Shown: positions 39,871-52,469, numbered from the whole stretch's first letter. The stretch is DNA of 63,998 nt, filler included, from Octopus bimaculoides (GCF_001194135.2; 5 parts of 5 records of this genome joined end to end with filler, not necessarily neighbours in it); one strand, 5' to 3'. Notes: generated from the sequence alone by a model not told the origin. Numbers and translations: made by a program.

Positions 39871-39924
39871 ACTATCAGATCAGGTCACTTGCTATGCAAG
39901 TACATCTCCGTAATATATGCTGAG

Positions 39925-40243
39925 ACCCCCTTCGGTCATGACTGACCATGGGATTGCACCTAGAAAGTTACCCTCCCAGGCACAAATCCGGGAAAGGTTG
40001 TTTATGGAAGACCAGCAGTCACCCATGCATACTGGCGTCCCCTCTCCACGCCACTGATGTTATCCAAGGGAAAAAGCAAAGGGGCCGATACAGCTTGGCA
40101 CCAGTGACGTCACAACTCATTTCTACAGCTGAGTTAAATGGAGCAACGTGAAATAAAGTGTCTTGCTCAAGAACACAACACGCAGCCCGGTCCGGGATTC
40201 AAACTCACAACCTCACGATCGTAAGCTCGACGCTCTAACCACT
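39925..40243 (-). mobile_element. SINE family C copy
   Basis: Colinear with 14775-15120; tRNA-like head cagtggttagagcgtc...gagtttgaatcccgg on the minus strand. Confidence 0.85.
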
Positions 40244-40298
40244 GNNNNNNNNNNATATATATATATATATATATATATAATGTGTGTGTGTGTGTGTA

Positions 40299-40331
<33 letters not shown>

Positions 40332-40637
40332 ATGTATGTATAATATATATGTATATACATACGCGAGTGTGCGTGGTTTAGCCGTTGTCAATATGTCGCC
40401 CAGTTGTCACACACGGCATGGAAGTCTCGTGACCACAAACAATGCAGTTTATGTGAAGACATTAAGGGTCCTCTCCATCCACCCGTCTCCTCATCCCCTC
40501 CCTTTGTCCCTTTCTTCTTCTTCCACTTTTCTCTTCCATTCATTTGTAGGGTCTGCAGCAGTTGTTAGGGTTTTTTTTCAGTAGGGCTTGTGGTTTTTGC
40601 TTATTTAACACCCCGTTATCATAACCACCACCACCAA

Positions 40638-40675
<38 letters not shown>

Positions 40676-40689
40676 ATTATTATTAAGAC

Positions 40690-41199
40690 GTGGTATGAGG
40701 ACAAACCGTAGAGAGTGGCGGAGTTGGAGACTAGCAAAATCCTCTGGGATTTCCCAATCCAAACGGATTAGGTGCTAGAGCACAACAGACCGGACCTAGT
40801 GGTGGTGGACAAGGTGCACCACATATGCTATATAGTTGATGTTGCATGCCCCTTTGACCCACGAATAGTCAAGAAGGAAGGCGAAAAGATAAATACAACC
40901 CTCTTAAGTACGAAATAGCCCGGCTGTGGAAAATGAAGAAGGCGAAGATAGTGCCAATTATTGTTGTTGGGTCCTTGGGAAGAGTATCAGAAGGCATCAA
41001 GAGGAATATAAAGGAAATTGGAAAAGAGTGCCCAGGAGAACTGTTACAAAAGGTCTGCCTCTTTGGCATGGCCAGAATAATCAGGAAAGTATTGGATAGC
41101 TGAAAAGAATGCATAGCACAGTACCGTAGGCTGCAGGTAGCAAGCCCACTGCGCATGCAAGAGTCCAGGAGTTCCAACAAAACCTGTGATAAAGAGAAA
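40690..41199 (+). mobile_element. R4/Dong-like element, 5'-truncated: RLE domain + 3' UTR ending in (TAA)n
   Basis: KILWDFPIQTD*VLEHNRPDLVVVDK...IVDVACPFD...LKYEIARLWKM...VPIIVVGSLG...LQKVCLFGMARIIRKVL, followed by (AAT)n at 41200-41267. Confidence 0.88.
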
Positions 41200-41203
41200 T
41201 AAC

Positions 41204-41267
<64 letters not shown>

Positions 41268-42340
41268 GTGCTAAAATTGCTACCTTAGATATTATGACTG
41301 ATAAATGGCATGGAAAACCTCTCAATGGCAAATACCCAAAGAGAGCGAATAATGCAGATATTGACAAAGCCCTTACCCATCAATGGCTAATGGCCTCTGG
41401 CTTGAAATCAGAAACAGAGGGGTTTATCATAGCATCCCAAGNNNNNNNNNNNNNNNNNNNNNNNNNNNNNNNNNNNNNNNNNNNNNNNNNNNNNNNNNNN
41501 NNNNNNNNNNNNNNNNNNNNNNNNNNNNNNNNNNNNNNNNNNNNNNNNNNNNNNNNNNNNNNNNNNNNNNNNNNNNNNNNNNNNNNNNNNNNNNNNNNNN
41601 NNNNNNNNNNNNNNNNNNNNNNNNNNNNNNNNNNNNNNNNNNNNNNNNNNNNNNNNNNNNNNNNNNNNNNNNNNNNNNNNNNNNNNNNNNNNNNNNNNNN
41701 NNNNNNNNNNNNNNNNNNNNNNNNNNNNNNNNNNNNNNNNNNNNNNNNNNNNNNNNNNNNNNNNNNNNNNNNNNNNNNNNNNNNNNNNNNNNNNNNNNNN
41801 NNNNNNNNNNNNNNNNNNNNNNNNNNNNNNNNNNNNNNNNNNNNNNNNNNNNNNNNNNNNNNNNNNNNNNNNNNNNNNNNNNNNNNNNNNNNNNNNNNNN
41901 NNNNNNNNNNNNNNNNNNNNNNNNNNNNNNNNNNNNNNNNNNNNNNNNNNNNNNNNNNNNNNNNNNNNNNNNNNNNNNNNNNNNNNNNNNNNNNNNNNNN
42001 NNNNNNNNNNNNNNNNNNNNNNNNNNNNNNNNNNNNNNNNNNNNNNNNNNNNNNNNNNNNNNNNNNNNNNNNNNNNNNNNNNNNNNNNNNNNNNNNNNNN
42101 NNNNNNNNNNNNNNNNNNNNNNNNNNNNNNNNNNNNNNNNNNNNNNNNNNNNNNNNNNNNNNNNNNNNNNNNNNNNNNNNNNNNNNNNNNNNNNNNNNNN
42201 NNNNNNNNNNNNNNNNNNNNNNNNNNNNNNNNNNNNNNNNNNNNAACACCTACATGAACTTCTAACTTGTTGTCTCTTGAGGTCTCTGGGTGAGACTTGG
42301 ATCCAACTTGTACAAATGCAAAGCAAAAGTCAAACATAAA
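41268..42340 (+). mobile_element. Second R4/Dong-like element (middle hidden by a gap), ending in (TAA)n
   Basis: DKWHGKPLNGKYP...QWLMASGLKSETEGFIIASQ is the segment preceding the CCHC finger in R4-clade ORFs. After the gap a short 3' end runs into (ATA)n at 42340-42425. Confidence 0.8.
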
Positions 42341-42352
42341 ATAATAATAATG

Positions 42353-42425
<73 letters not shown>

Positions 42426-42426
<1 letters not shown>

Positions 42427-42575
42427 TTCTTCTATTGGCTCAAGGCCTGAAATTTGGAGGGGGGAACTAGTCGATTACATCGAACCCAGTGCGTATCTGG
42501 TACTTATTTTATCGACCCCAAAAGGATGAAAGGCAAAGTCGACCCCGGCGGAATTTGAACTCAGAACGTAAAGAG
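42426..42575 (-). mobile_element. SINE family A partial copy
   Basis: aaaggatgaaaggcaaagtcgaccccggcggaatttgaactcagaacgta. Confidence 0.9.
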
Positions 42576-42584
42576 CAGAAAGGA

Positions 42585-43800
42585 TGCAAGAAACAAAGCA
42601 GGGCAACAAAAGATGACTTATTAGTTGATAAAATGATAATTAGAAATTGTAGACACAGATTGACGGGACAGAATGTAGGATGACCAGATTACAAAAAGCT
42701 TATGACATGCTACCACACAGTGGAATAAGTAAAGCAATGAACATGGTTGGAATAGCAAAAAAACATGGAGAAAATGCTTAACGAAAGTAAGAAACATTGG
42801 AATACTGAATTGATCGGAGGAAAGAAAAACTCGGAAACGTTAACATCAGACGTGGAATATTCCAAGGTGATAGCTTATCTCCATTGCTCTTCGTATTGGC
42901 CATGACACCGCTCACGATGATACGACGAAAATTTGAAATTACTTACGATTTCGGGAAAAGGAAACGGTCAGTTAAATCATCTCCTTTTCATGGTTGATAT
43001 AAAGATTTATGTGGAAAATGAGAAACAGCTTGAAAGTCTTGTAAATATTATCCGCATTTTCTCAAATGACGTAGGTAGGGAATTTGGGATAGAAAAGTGC
43101 GCCATATTGAAAATGAAACGAAGAAGATTTGAAAGAAGCCAAGGAATTGAAATGCCAAATGGGCAAACAAAGAGAGCGGTTGAGAAAGGATAGTGATATA
43201 AGTACTTGGGAATACTGGAAGCAGATGAGATTAAAAAAAAATGAAGAAATGAAACAAATGACCAGCGGGGAGTACACAAGGGGAGTAAGAAAATGATTGC
43301 AGTCAAAGCTGAATTCAAGAAATCTTATTGAAGCAATAAATTCAAGAGCAGTACTCTTAATCAGATATAGAGTTGGAATTATAGACTGGACCAGAAACGA
43401 TATAAAGAACCTTGACGGAAAAAAACTAGGAAGTTGTTGACAATGTATGGAATCCACCATCCGAAAGCTGATAACCGGTTGTACTTGGGGGTGGAAGAGG
43501 CTTAATAGCAGCAGAAGAATGTGTACAGATGTAAAGAGAAAGCCTCGTCGAGTATTTACAGAGAAGCACAGAAAAACTACTAAAGACAGATAATAAAGAA
43601 CTGGTGATGAAGTGCATTATAGGAGAAAAAGACAAGAATGACATACAAAGAGAGCATGTCAGACAGATTGGAGAGAAACCTCTGCATGGTCAATTTTGGA
43701 GAACCACGGAAGACGTATGTGGAACAAAATCATGGGCTTGGTTAAAAATGGGGCAATTAAAAAAATGATACCAGGCTTACAATCCCTACAGGAAGTACAA
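42585..43800 (+). mobile_element. R4/Dong-like reverse transcriptase pseudogene fragment
   Basis: GDSLSPLLFVLAMTPL, NHLLFM(V)DIKIY, IFSNDVGREFGIEKCA, YKYLGILE and W.EKPLHGQF; many stops and frameshifts. Confidence 0.88.
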
Positions 43801-45289
43801 AAAATCGTGTTAACTGGAACGACTCATGTACTGAGAAGAGCATTATCGCTGTGAAAACAACATCCATTCATGAATTTACTTCTTTATTAATTTTTATTTG
43901 AAATACATATTTTACCTGTGAATTTGCGTGTGTAAACTGGGAATGCATACAATGAGCTTCTCTGCCCTAGGTGTACGGAAAACACTCGGCGAGAAATGGA
44001 AGAAAATTTGAAGAAAGAAGATAAAAAAACAACATAATAATAATAATAATAATAATAATAATANNNNNNNNNNNNNNNNNNNNNNNNNNNNNNNNNNNNN
44101 NNNNNNNNNNNNNNNNNNNNNNNNNNNNNNNNNNNNNNNNNNNNNNNNNNNNNNNNNNNNNNNNNNNNNNNNNNNNNNNNNNNNNNNNNNNNNNNNNNNN
44201 NNNNNNNNNNNNNNNNNNNNNNNNNNNNNNNNNNNNNNNNNNNNNNNNNNNNNNNNNNNNNNNNNNNNNNNNNNNNNNNNNNNNNNNNNNNNNNNNNNNN
44301 NNNNNNNNNNNNNNNNNNNNNNNNNNNNNNNNNNNNNNNNNNNNNNNNNNNNNNNNNNNNNNNNNNNNNNNNNNNNNNNNNNNNNNNNNNNNNNNNNNNN
44401 NNNNNNNNNNNNNNNNNNNNNNNNNNNNNNNNNNNNNNNNNNNNNNNNNNNNNNNNNNNNNNNNNNNNNNNNNNNNNNNNNNNNNNNNNNNNNNNNNNNN
44501 NNNNNNNNNNNNNNNNNNNNNNNNNNNNNNNNNNNNNNNNNNNNNNNNNNNNNNNNNNNNNNNNNNNNNNNNNNNNNNNNNNNNNNNNNNNNNNNNNNNN
44601 NNNNNNNNNNNNNNNNNNNNNNNNNNNNNNNNNNNNNNNNNNNNNNNNNNNNNNNNNNNNNNNNNNNNNNNNNNNNNNNNNNNNNNNNNNNNNNNNNNNN
44701 NNNNNNNNNNNNNNNNNNNNNNNNNNNNNNNNNNNNNNNNNNNNNNNNNNNNNNNNNNNNNNNNNNNNNNNNNNNNNNNNNNNNNNNNNNNNNNNNNNNN
44801 NNNNNNNNNNNNNNNNNNNNNNNNNNNNNNNNNNNNNNNNNNNNNNNNNNNNNNNNNNNNNNNNNNNNNNNNNNNNNNNNNNNNNNNNNNNNNNNNNNNN
44901 NNNNTATATATACATACATATACAGAGTAAGACGTATTTATGCATGCACAAATACATAGATATATATACAGCATGTATGTTTATATATGTGTATATAAAC
45001 ATATATATATGTATAAGCGCATGACTGGGTGCATGCATTTTTACACGCACACACACACACACACGCACGCACTCGCACACACACGTACACACACGCTCAC
45101 GCAAACACACACATACTCTCTCTCACACACACATACATACATACAGATAGATAGACAGATATATACATATACATACATACATACGCACACATATATAGAT
45201 AGATATGTGTGTATGAGTTGGCTGTGTATTTTTGCTCTGTGTGTGCGTGTGTGTATGTGTGTGTGTGCATGCGCGTGTGTGTGCGTTAT

Positions 45290-45662
45290 GCCCTTTAAAG
45301 ATACACCAGTACCAGAACGGGTCGACACTGCATAGTGCCAAAGATCCCACCAATGCCATCGCGCTTCTGGACCAGTTACTGCAACAGTCTGGGTTTCAGG
45401 GACCCATTGCTTTTTAATATTCTCCCAAAGAGTCTGAGGAATCTGCACAAAGTAGATGTAGGCGTTTTAGAATCAAAGCTGGACCTCTTCCTGTCGAGAG
45501 TCCCAGATGAACCTACCTCATGGCAAGAGGTGCAAATGAGGGTAGCTACATCAAACTCCATTCTTCCACCAAGTGCCACAAATTGTAAGAGGGTCCCTGT
45601 AATAACAGTGTAGCAACACGGCAGTGCATCAGCATGGCCACAGCTCTGAGCTGAAACTACAA
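45290..45662 (+). mobile_element. CR1-like LINE 3' end (ORF2 C-terminus + 3' UTR)
   Basis: HCIVPKIP...NSLGFR.P..FNILPKSLRNL...SKLDLFLSRVPDEP, then tail gtgcatcagcatggccacagctctgagctgaaac. Confidence 0.75.
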
Positions 45663-45699
45663 ATATATATAAGTATTATATATATATATATATATATTG

Positions 45700-47170
45700 T
45701 TGTATTTGGGGATGGAGTGTGCAGTTCTGCCGCCAGGCAGCAAAGTTGTAGCAATCCCTGAAGATGCGACTGCAAACGCAATGCTCTTTTGCATCCTGAC
45801 CTTGGCTAGGATGAGCTTCGTTAGAAAGGTTTTGCCTGTACCCTCTGGAGCATCAAGACAAAACAAACCACTTTTCCTGTGGTGTACATGATCAGGTCAC
45901 GATAGTATAAACATGCTGTTGATCTGGAAGAAGCTTTGGTTCAGTTTCTAGGACGAAATTGGCAAGGACATCTGTGTCGTAGGACGCCTCTCACATAAGA
46001 GCTATAGGAAGTAAATTTGACTCTGAACGCAGCGGTTTAGGCAGACCGGATGAGGGCAAGTCACTCCCACCGAGTGATGCAACTGTATTTTCAATGTCGA
46101 TCAAGGCTTGATTCTATACCTCAATCGCTTATACATTCTATCTCAGGAAAAAGCAACTTCGACTGACGTATGAAGTCCTCCGATAAGTCGTCTTTAAATT
46201 TGAGCCACAATGACAAAGGGTTGCTCAGTTCACAAATTTGCAGCATAACAGCAAACAGAGCTCGTAGACGCTTACGTGTCTGGGATGCAACAGCTTCGGA
46301 TAACGTAGCCTCCCATTGCGCATCGTCTTCCAGCAAACCGCACTTGAGGCATGCTTCCCTGTAAGTGCTGCAAACAGAGCCATCGACAGTCATTAAGTCA
46401 TCAAACGACTGGGGCCCACGTACCTCATGTAACAGAAGGCCAAGATAAAAGCACTCGTGTTGGCTTGGATGCACCGTGTAAACTCCCCCAAGACAGCTGT
46501 CAAACTTTACACCAGGTTGTCCGTCAACTGACTGGCCTGGCTTTCTGCACACCCATTGTTGCTTAGTCCATGTGTAGTAGGACAGAACCTGAGGATAAAG
46601 CAGAGTTTTTGCAAATGGGTCGATCCGGCATAGAGTGAAGAATGCAGTGAGAGTAGTTTGTCGAGGCTCTTTAACCGTTCTGGTAACAGCCGCATCGGTA
46701 AAGTACACCCTTTGATCGTTCTCCAGGTGAACTGCGAGTTGCTCGATGGGTGGGTGCCTTTGGTGTAATGGAAAACCGAAAATACGCCAGAAGGCCTTGT
46801 TGCTGCTAATATAACGGCCAACTTGGTATTGTAAGATCTCGTCACGGCAGTTTTCCAGCTGAAGACCGAACATAGCGGCGTCTGAGCCCTTGTTGACATA
46901 TTTCCAGATATACTTGATGGACTTGATGGAATGGCAAAACTCCACGTTGATGTGGGCGCCGAACGTCTTCGAAAGAAGCGGTGAATACAACCCATCTGTT
47001 ATCAACCTCATGTTGTCCAATTTTTATGGTAAAGCCACCGTCTGCAGGTTGGCGCCGTCTGTACAGAGGGTATCCATCAACGCCAGTTTGTGTTTCCTTC
47101 AGAAATTCTTTTGGAAACTTCTTGCAGCAGATATTGTTGCTCAAGCAAGGGGAGCCTAAATTGCGTGCCC
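45700..47170 (-). mobile_element. Helitron RepHel fragment: Rep C-terminus through helicase Walker A
   Basis: SPC...C.KKFPK...[95 protein letters not shown]; few stops or frameshifts. Confidence 0.95.
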
Positions 47171-47610
47171 TCTTCTCCGATAGTTCGAAGGCTTGTACCA
47201 CCAAACAGCTCGTCGGCTCTGGCTGCCGGAGCTGAAACTGACACGACTCTGCTGAATGGTATGTCTAGAGAGGACGTGGGCCAAAACTATGCGTTCTTCC
47301 CCTCAATTGGTCACTTGAAGCTTAGATTGTATTACGTGAAAGCCGGCGAGTATTTGAAGGGGAATTTGGCAGGGTGGTCATTAACCGGCTGACATTCGTT
47401 GACGTTGCATCAAAGAAACCAAATAGCAAAAAACCAAAGAAACAGAAAAAAACCACACTCAACACAGGAGCTGAAGACCCCCGAAAGGGGGTGCCCCGCC
47501 ACGTCGAAAACGGTAGAGGAGTAGAGGCTGAAACCGGAAGTAGTTTCTTCTGATTGTGTCCTTAGCCACTGGATCCTATAAAGGAGCTGAAACGAAACAT
47601 CCTCGGCGGT
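47170..47610 (-). mobile_element. Non-Helitron GC-richer segment, possibly a LINE 5' UTR plus ORF1 start
   Basis: ATG at 47381 (minus) opens MTTLPNSPSNTRRLS... with stops. Upstream lies an ETS-type CCGGAAGT motif at ~47534-47541. The family assignment is recall/inference only. Confidence 0.3.
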
Positions 47611-47677
47611 AATAATCAGCAGGAATTGTATCTATAGAGACTTGAATTACGTTCGTTAAAATACATATTCTATGTTT

Positions 47678-47820
47678 CCGGATTATGTTGGCTAATGTGT
47701 CTTCGGATTGTGTGATTTGAGGGTGAGTTCACTGCTATTTCTACAAGGTTCTGTGATCGCGTTGGTGATAATACTGATGTTGACGATGACGATGATCTGC
47801 AACTATGTGTGTGTATATAT

Positions 47821-47857
<37 letters not shown>

Positions 47858-48644
47858 NNNNNNNNNNNNNNNNNNNNNNNNNNNNNNNNNNNNNNNNNNN
47901 NNNNNNNNNNNNNNNNNNNNNNNNNNNNNNNNNNNNNNNNNNNNNNNNNNNNNNNNNNNNNNNNNNNNNNNNNNNNNNNNNNNNNNNNNNNNNNNNNNNN
48001 NNNNNNNNNNNNNNNNNNNNNNNNNNNNNNNNNNNNNNNNNNNNNNNNNNNNNNNNNNNNNNNNNNNNNNNNNNNNNNNNNNNNNNNNNNNNNNNNNNNN
48101 NNNNNNNNNNNNNNNNNNNNNNNNNNNNNNNNNNNNNNNNNNNNNNNNNNNNNNNNNNNNNNNNNNNNNNNNNNNNNNNNNNNNNNNNNNNNNNNNNNNN
48201 NNNNNNNNNNNNNNNNNNNNNNNNNNNNNNNNNNNNNNNNNNNNNNNNNNNNNNNNNNNNNNNNNNNNNNNNNNNNNNNNNNNNNNNNNNNNNNNNNNNN
48301 NNNNNNNNNNNNNNNNNNNNNNNNNNNNNNNNNNNNNNNNNNNNNNNNNNNNNNNNNNNNNNNNNNNNNNNNNNNNNNNNNNNNNNNNNNNNNNNNNNNN
48401 NNNNNNNNNNNNNNNNNNNNNNNNNNNNNNNNNNNNNNNNNNNNNNNNNNNNNNNNNNNNNNNNNNNNNNNNNNNNNNNNNNNNNNNNNCCGGATTATGT
48501 TGGCTAATGTGTCTTCGGATTGTGTGATTTGAGGGTGAGTTCACTGCTATTTCTACAAGGTTCTGTGATCGCGTTGGTGATAATACTGATGTTGACGATG
48601 ACGATGATCTGCAACTATGTGTGTGTATATATATATATATATAT
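47678..48644. other. ~150-bp sequence duplicated on both sides of a gap (47678-~47832 and 48490-~48644); probable assembly overlap
   Basis: No differences spotted by eye; the right copy begins exactly at the gap edge. Confidence 0.8.
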
Positions 48645-48735
48645 AATTTGTAATATGTAATATATATATATATATCATTTTTAATACACACACATATATT
48701 GTCGAGCACACATACACAACATAGGTAGCCCGCTT

Positions 48736-49223
48736 GTTCGCCGGTAGGCTGCGATATGACGCAGTGGAGATAACTCTTTCAAAGCGCCGAGTGTTGAAAC
48801 GTCTGAAAATCATAGTCACAAACAGGAACGACGAACAACGATGTTTCGCCATTTTTGTGTGTCTTGCCAACATCACATACCTGAACCGAACGGAATGTGA
48901 ACTGAATTGTCAATGATTGTATGTGAAATGGTGTAAAAACCATCTGCTGGTATGGCCGGACGATGTTTATGAAGGAATAAATTCAAATACGAATTAGAAG
49001 CAGCGGTGCTATTTCAAATAGTATCGAACATATTGCAAAATGTATGTGGACATCTGGTTCGCCGGTGGGCTGCGATTTGACCCGATGGAGGAGAATGTCT
49101 TAAAGCGCCCGGTGTTAAAACACCCGAAAGTCATGGACAGTCGGCACAACTCACCCCGAGTCCCATTCATGTGTGATGGACATTGACGTTTCGTCATTTT
49201 TGTGGCTTATCAACATCACGTAC
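48736..49223. repeat. Diverged direct repeat, period 321 bp (48736-48880 vs 49057-49223)
   Basis: gttcgccggtaggctgcgatatgac..aaagcgcc..gtgttgaaac..tttcgccatttttgtg..caacatcac vs gttcgccggtgggctgcgatttgac..aaagcgcc..gtgttaaaac..tttcgtcatttttgtg..caacatcac. Confidence 0.8.
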
Positions 49224-49790
49224 ACAAACACACACACTTATACATACGCAAACACTTATACACACGCACACACACACACATACACACACACATACACACA
49301 CATTTATACAGACACTTATATACACACACTTATACACACACACACACACACACTTATCACACACACTTATTTACACACACGCTTATACACAAGAACACAC
49401 TTATACACACGCTCACACTTATACACACGCTCACACTTATACACACGCTCACACTTATACACACATACTTATACACACACATTTATACACACACTTACAC
49501 ACACACACCTTACACACACACTTATACACATACACACTTATACACACGCACACTTATACACATACACACTTATACACACGCACATACTTATACACACACA
49601 CTTATACACACTTATACACAGATTTTCACACAGACTTACACACACAAACACACACTTATATACATACATACACGCACACTTATACACACATGCACACACA
49701 CACACACACCTACACATACACACTTATACACACACACACACACACAGAGTTATACACACACACACACTTATATACACACACACACACACA
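49220..49790. repeat. Compound satellite: (CA)n punctuated by TTAT (cacacttata units)
   Basis: Seen directly; explains the H/T/Y ORFs at 49173-49820. Confidence 0.9.
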
Positions 49791-50144
49791 GAGTTAGACA
49801 CCCAAACTGACGAAATGTAAGGCTGACACCTTGCACAGGTCAAGATAATCATGAAGGGGTGAGTTATATAACCCCGTATACCCCTAATATACCCCTATTT
49901 CTGTTTGGTTTCCTATTTCAGGTCAAATAGCTGATTGTTTACAGACACAGGAGGCCCGGTTACCGTTCATTCGCAGTTTACCTCATGTCTTTGTCATAGA
50001 CTTTTTATACAGGCGCCATTTCACACACGCGCGCGCGCGCGCACAATACACATACACACGTTATAAAAAGCACGTATGTTACATTTATAAACGTGTTTAT
50101 ATGCGTACACATAGAGTGTATGTGTGTGCGTGTGCGCGCGTTCG

Positions 50145-50193
<49 letters not shown>

Positions 50194-50594
50194 ATATATA
50201 TTTATGCATGTAAATATATATATATATGCATATACGTATATATAAATGTATACTTGTACATGATATATGAGTACATGTGTATATTTTAGTGTTTATGTAT
50301 ATATGTGTGTGTATATATATATATATATGTGTGTGTACATATGTGTATGTATATCTTTCTATCTTCCTATCTATCTATCTGTCTGCCTGTCTGCCTGCCT
50401 GTCTGTCTGTCTGTCTGTAGAACGACGTCGAGAGAGAGAGAGAGAGAGTCCCCAATGGTCCCATATATATGACTGAGGAAAGATTGCCACGAATGACCCG
50501 CCTTTTTTTTCCTTGTCCTAATTATTGCTCCTCTTGTCTGCCTTTGTGTCGTCTATCTGTCCTCTATTGCCTTTTCCTTCCATTTATATACATG

Positions 50595-50693
<99 letters not shown>

Positions 50694-50833
50694 ACACACA
50701 CACATATATATATAAGTATGTATGTGTGTGTGTGTGTGTGTGCGTGCGACTACTTACTCAGCAACATATACATCTACACAGATAGACTGACAGACAGATG
50801 AATAGACAGATAAAATGATAGATAGATAGATAA

Positions 50834-50872
<39 letters not shown>

Positions 50873-50957
50873 AAGAGAGAGGAAGAGAGAGAAAGAGAGA
50901 ACTATGATAAAACTCAAGGACTGTTGGTGGGCGGAAGAAAACAATTCATGAAGGCTA

Positions 50958-51308
50958 GGCATAGCTGTGTGGTAAGAAGCTTGCTTCCCAACTACATGGT
51001 TTCAGGTTCACTCCCACAGAGTGGCACCTTGGGCGAGCGTCTTCTTTTGTACTCGAGGCACAAATTTTTTGGGAGGAGACCAGTCGATTAGATCAACCTC
51101 AGTACACAACTGGTACTTAATTTATCGACCCCGAAAGGATGAAAGGCAAAGTCGACCTCGGCTGAATTCGAACTCAGAACGTAAAGACAGACGAAATACC
51201 GCTAAGCATTTCGTCCGGCCTGCTAACCACTCTGCCAGCTCCTCGCCGCCTTTTGGCGAGTGTCTTCTACTCCAGCCTTAGACCGACGAAGGCCTTCTCA
51301 GTGGATTT
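50958..51308 (+). mobile_element. SINE family B interrupted by an antisense family-A SINE (51046-51252) with target-site duplication
   Basis: ttgggcgagcgtcttct (51029-51045) and ttggcgagtgtcttct (51253-51268) flank the insert; the B sequence resumes afterwards. Confidence 0.85.
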
Positions 51309-52469
51309 NNNNNNNNNNNNNNNNNNNNNNNNNNNNNNNNNNNNNNNNNNNNNNNNNNNNNNNNNNNNNNNNNNNNNNNNNNNNNNNNNNNNNNNNNNNN
51401 NNNNNNNNNNNNNNNNNNNNNNNNNNNNNNNNNNNNNNNNNNNNNNNNNNNNNNNNNNNNNNNNNNNNNNNNNNNNNNNNNNNNNNNNNNNNNNNNNNNN
51501 NNNNNNNNNNNNNNNNNNNNNNNNNNNNNNNNNNNNNNNNNNNNNNNNNNNNNNNNNNNNNNNNNNNNNNNNNNNNNNNNNNNNNNNNNNNNNNNNNNNN
51601 NNNNNNNNNNNNNNNNNNNNNNNNNNNNNNNNNNNNNNNNNNNNNNNNNNNNNNNNNNNNNNNNNNNNNNNNNNNNNNNNNNNNNNNNNNNNNNNNNNNN
51701 NNNNNNNNNNNNNNNNNNNNNNNNNNNNNNNNNNCATCACCATCCCCGTCGTGGTGGTCACCTCTGACGCTGTCGCAACCACTGTCATCACCACCACCAC
51801 CACCGCCGCCACCGCCGCCGCCGCCATCTCCACCACCACCACCACCACCACCGCCATGGGAGACATGATGTGTATGGTGCAGTGATTAGGTTTCAAATAA
51901 TTGCGCTCAACTGAAACAAGATCTTGTCGGTGTTTCTTCGACATTCGATCTTCAGATGCAAGTAAAATGGATTTTAACAGGCAATAGCCGTAAGCTCTCT
52001 CCCACAGTGAACAGCGGCCGACACTTAATAACAGCCGATTGTCAACTTGAACAAAAACAACAACAACAACAAGAACAATAACAACAATAACAACAACAAC
52101 AACAACAACATCAGCAACAATGGAGCCTCCAACAGCGAAGTTTTTAACGGAGAGAAACCACAACTTGCTCTGATATTGCGTTCCAGCAATGATTTTTCTA
52201 ACATTTTCGACTGTCTTTTTCGTGTGTGTGTGTGTGCTTGCATGTGTCCGCGCGTGCGTGTGCGTCTGTATGTGCACGCGCTCGTGAGTGCTGGGGTGAG
52301 AAAGGTGGTGAGCCAGTCTGGAGGGTGGTGTTTTTTTGGGTTTTTTTCTTGGTCTTTTTCTTTTTCCTTTTCTTTATTTTTCTCGTTTCTCTCCTTTCCT
52401 CATTATATTTCTCCCTCTCTCTCTCTCTCCCTCTCTCTCTCTCCCCCCCTCTCTCTCTCTCTCGTTCTC

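Noticed and set aside
47471-47512. CTGAAGA + GAAA-tetraloop hairpin + GTCGAAA as a hammerhead
   Set aside because: Helix II is not closed by a 10.1-11.1 pair next to GAAA, and there is no helix III/NUH or helix I.
41186-48709. ORFs of 230-400 aa containing X runs
   Set aside because: They only appear long because they read through N gaps.
49173-49820. Three-frame His/Thr/Tyr-rich ORFs
   Set aside because: Product of the CA/TTAT satellite.
49807-49845. CTGACGA followed by a 7-bp hairpin
   Set aside because: No GAAA after the hairpin.
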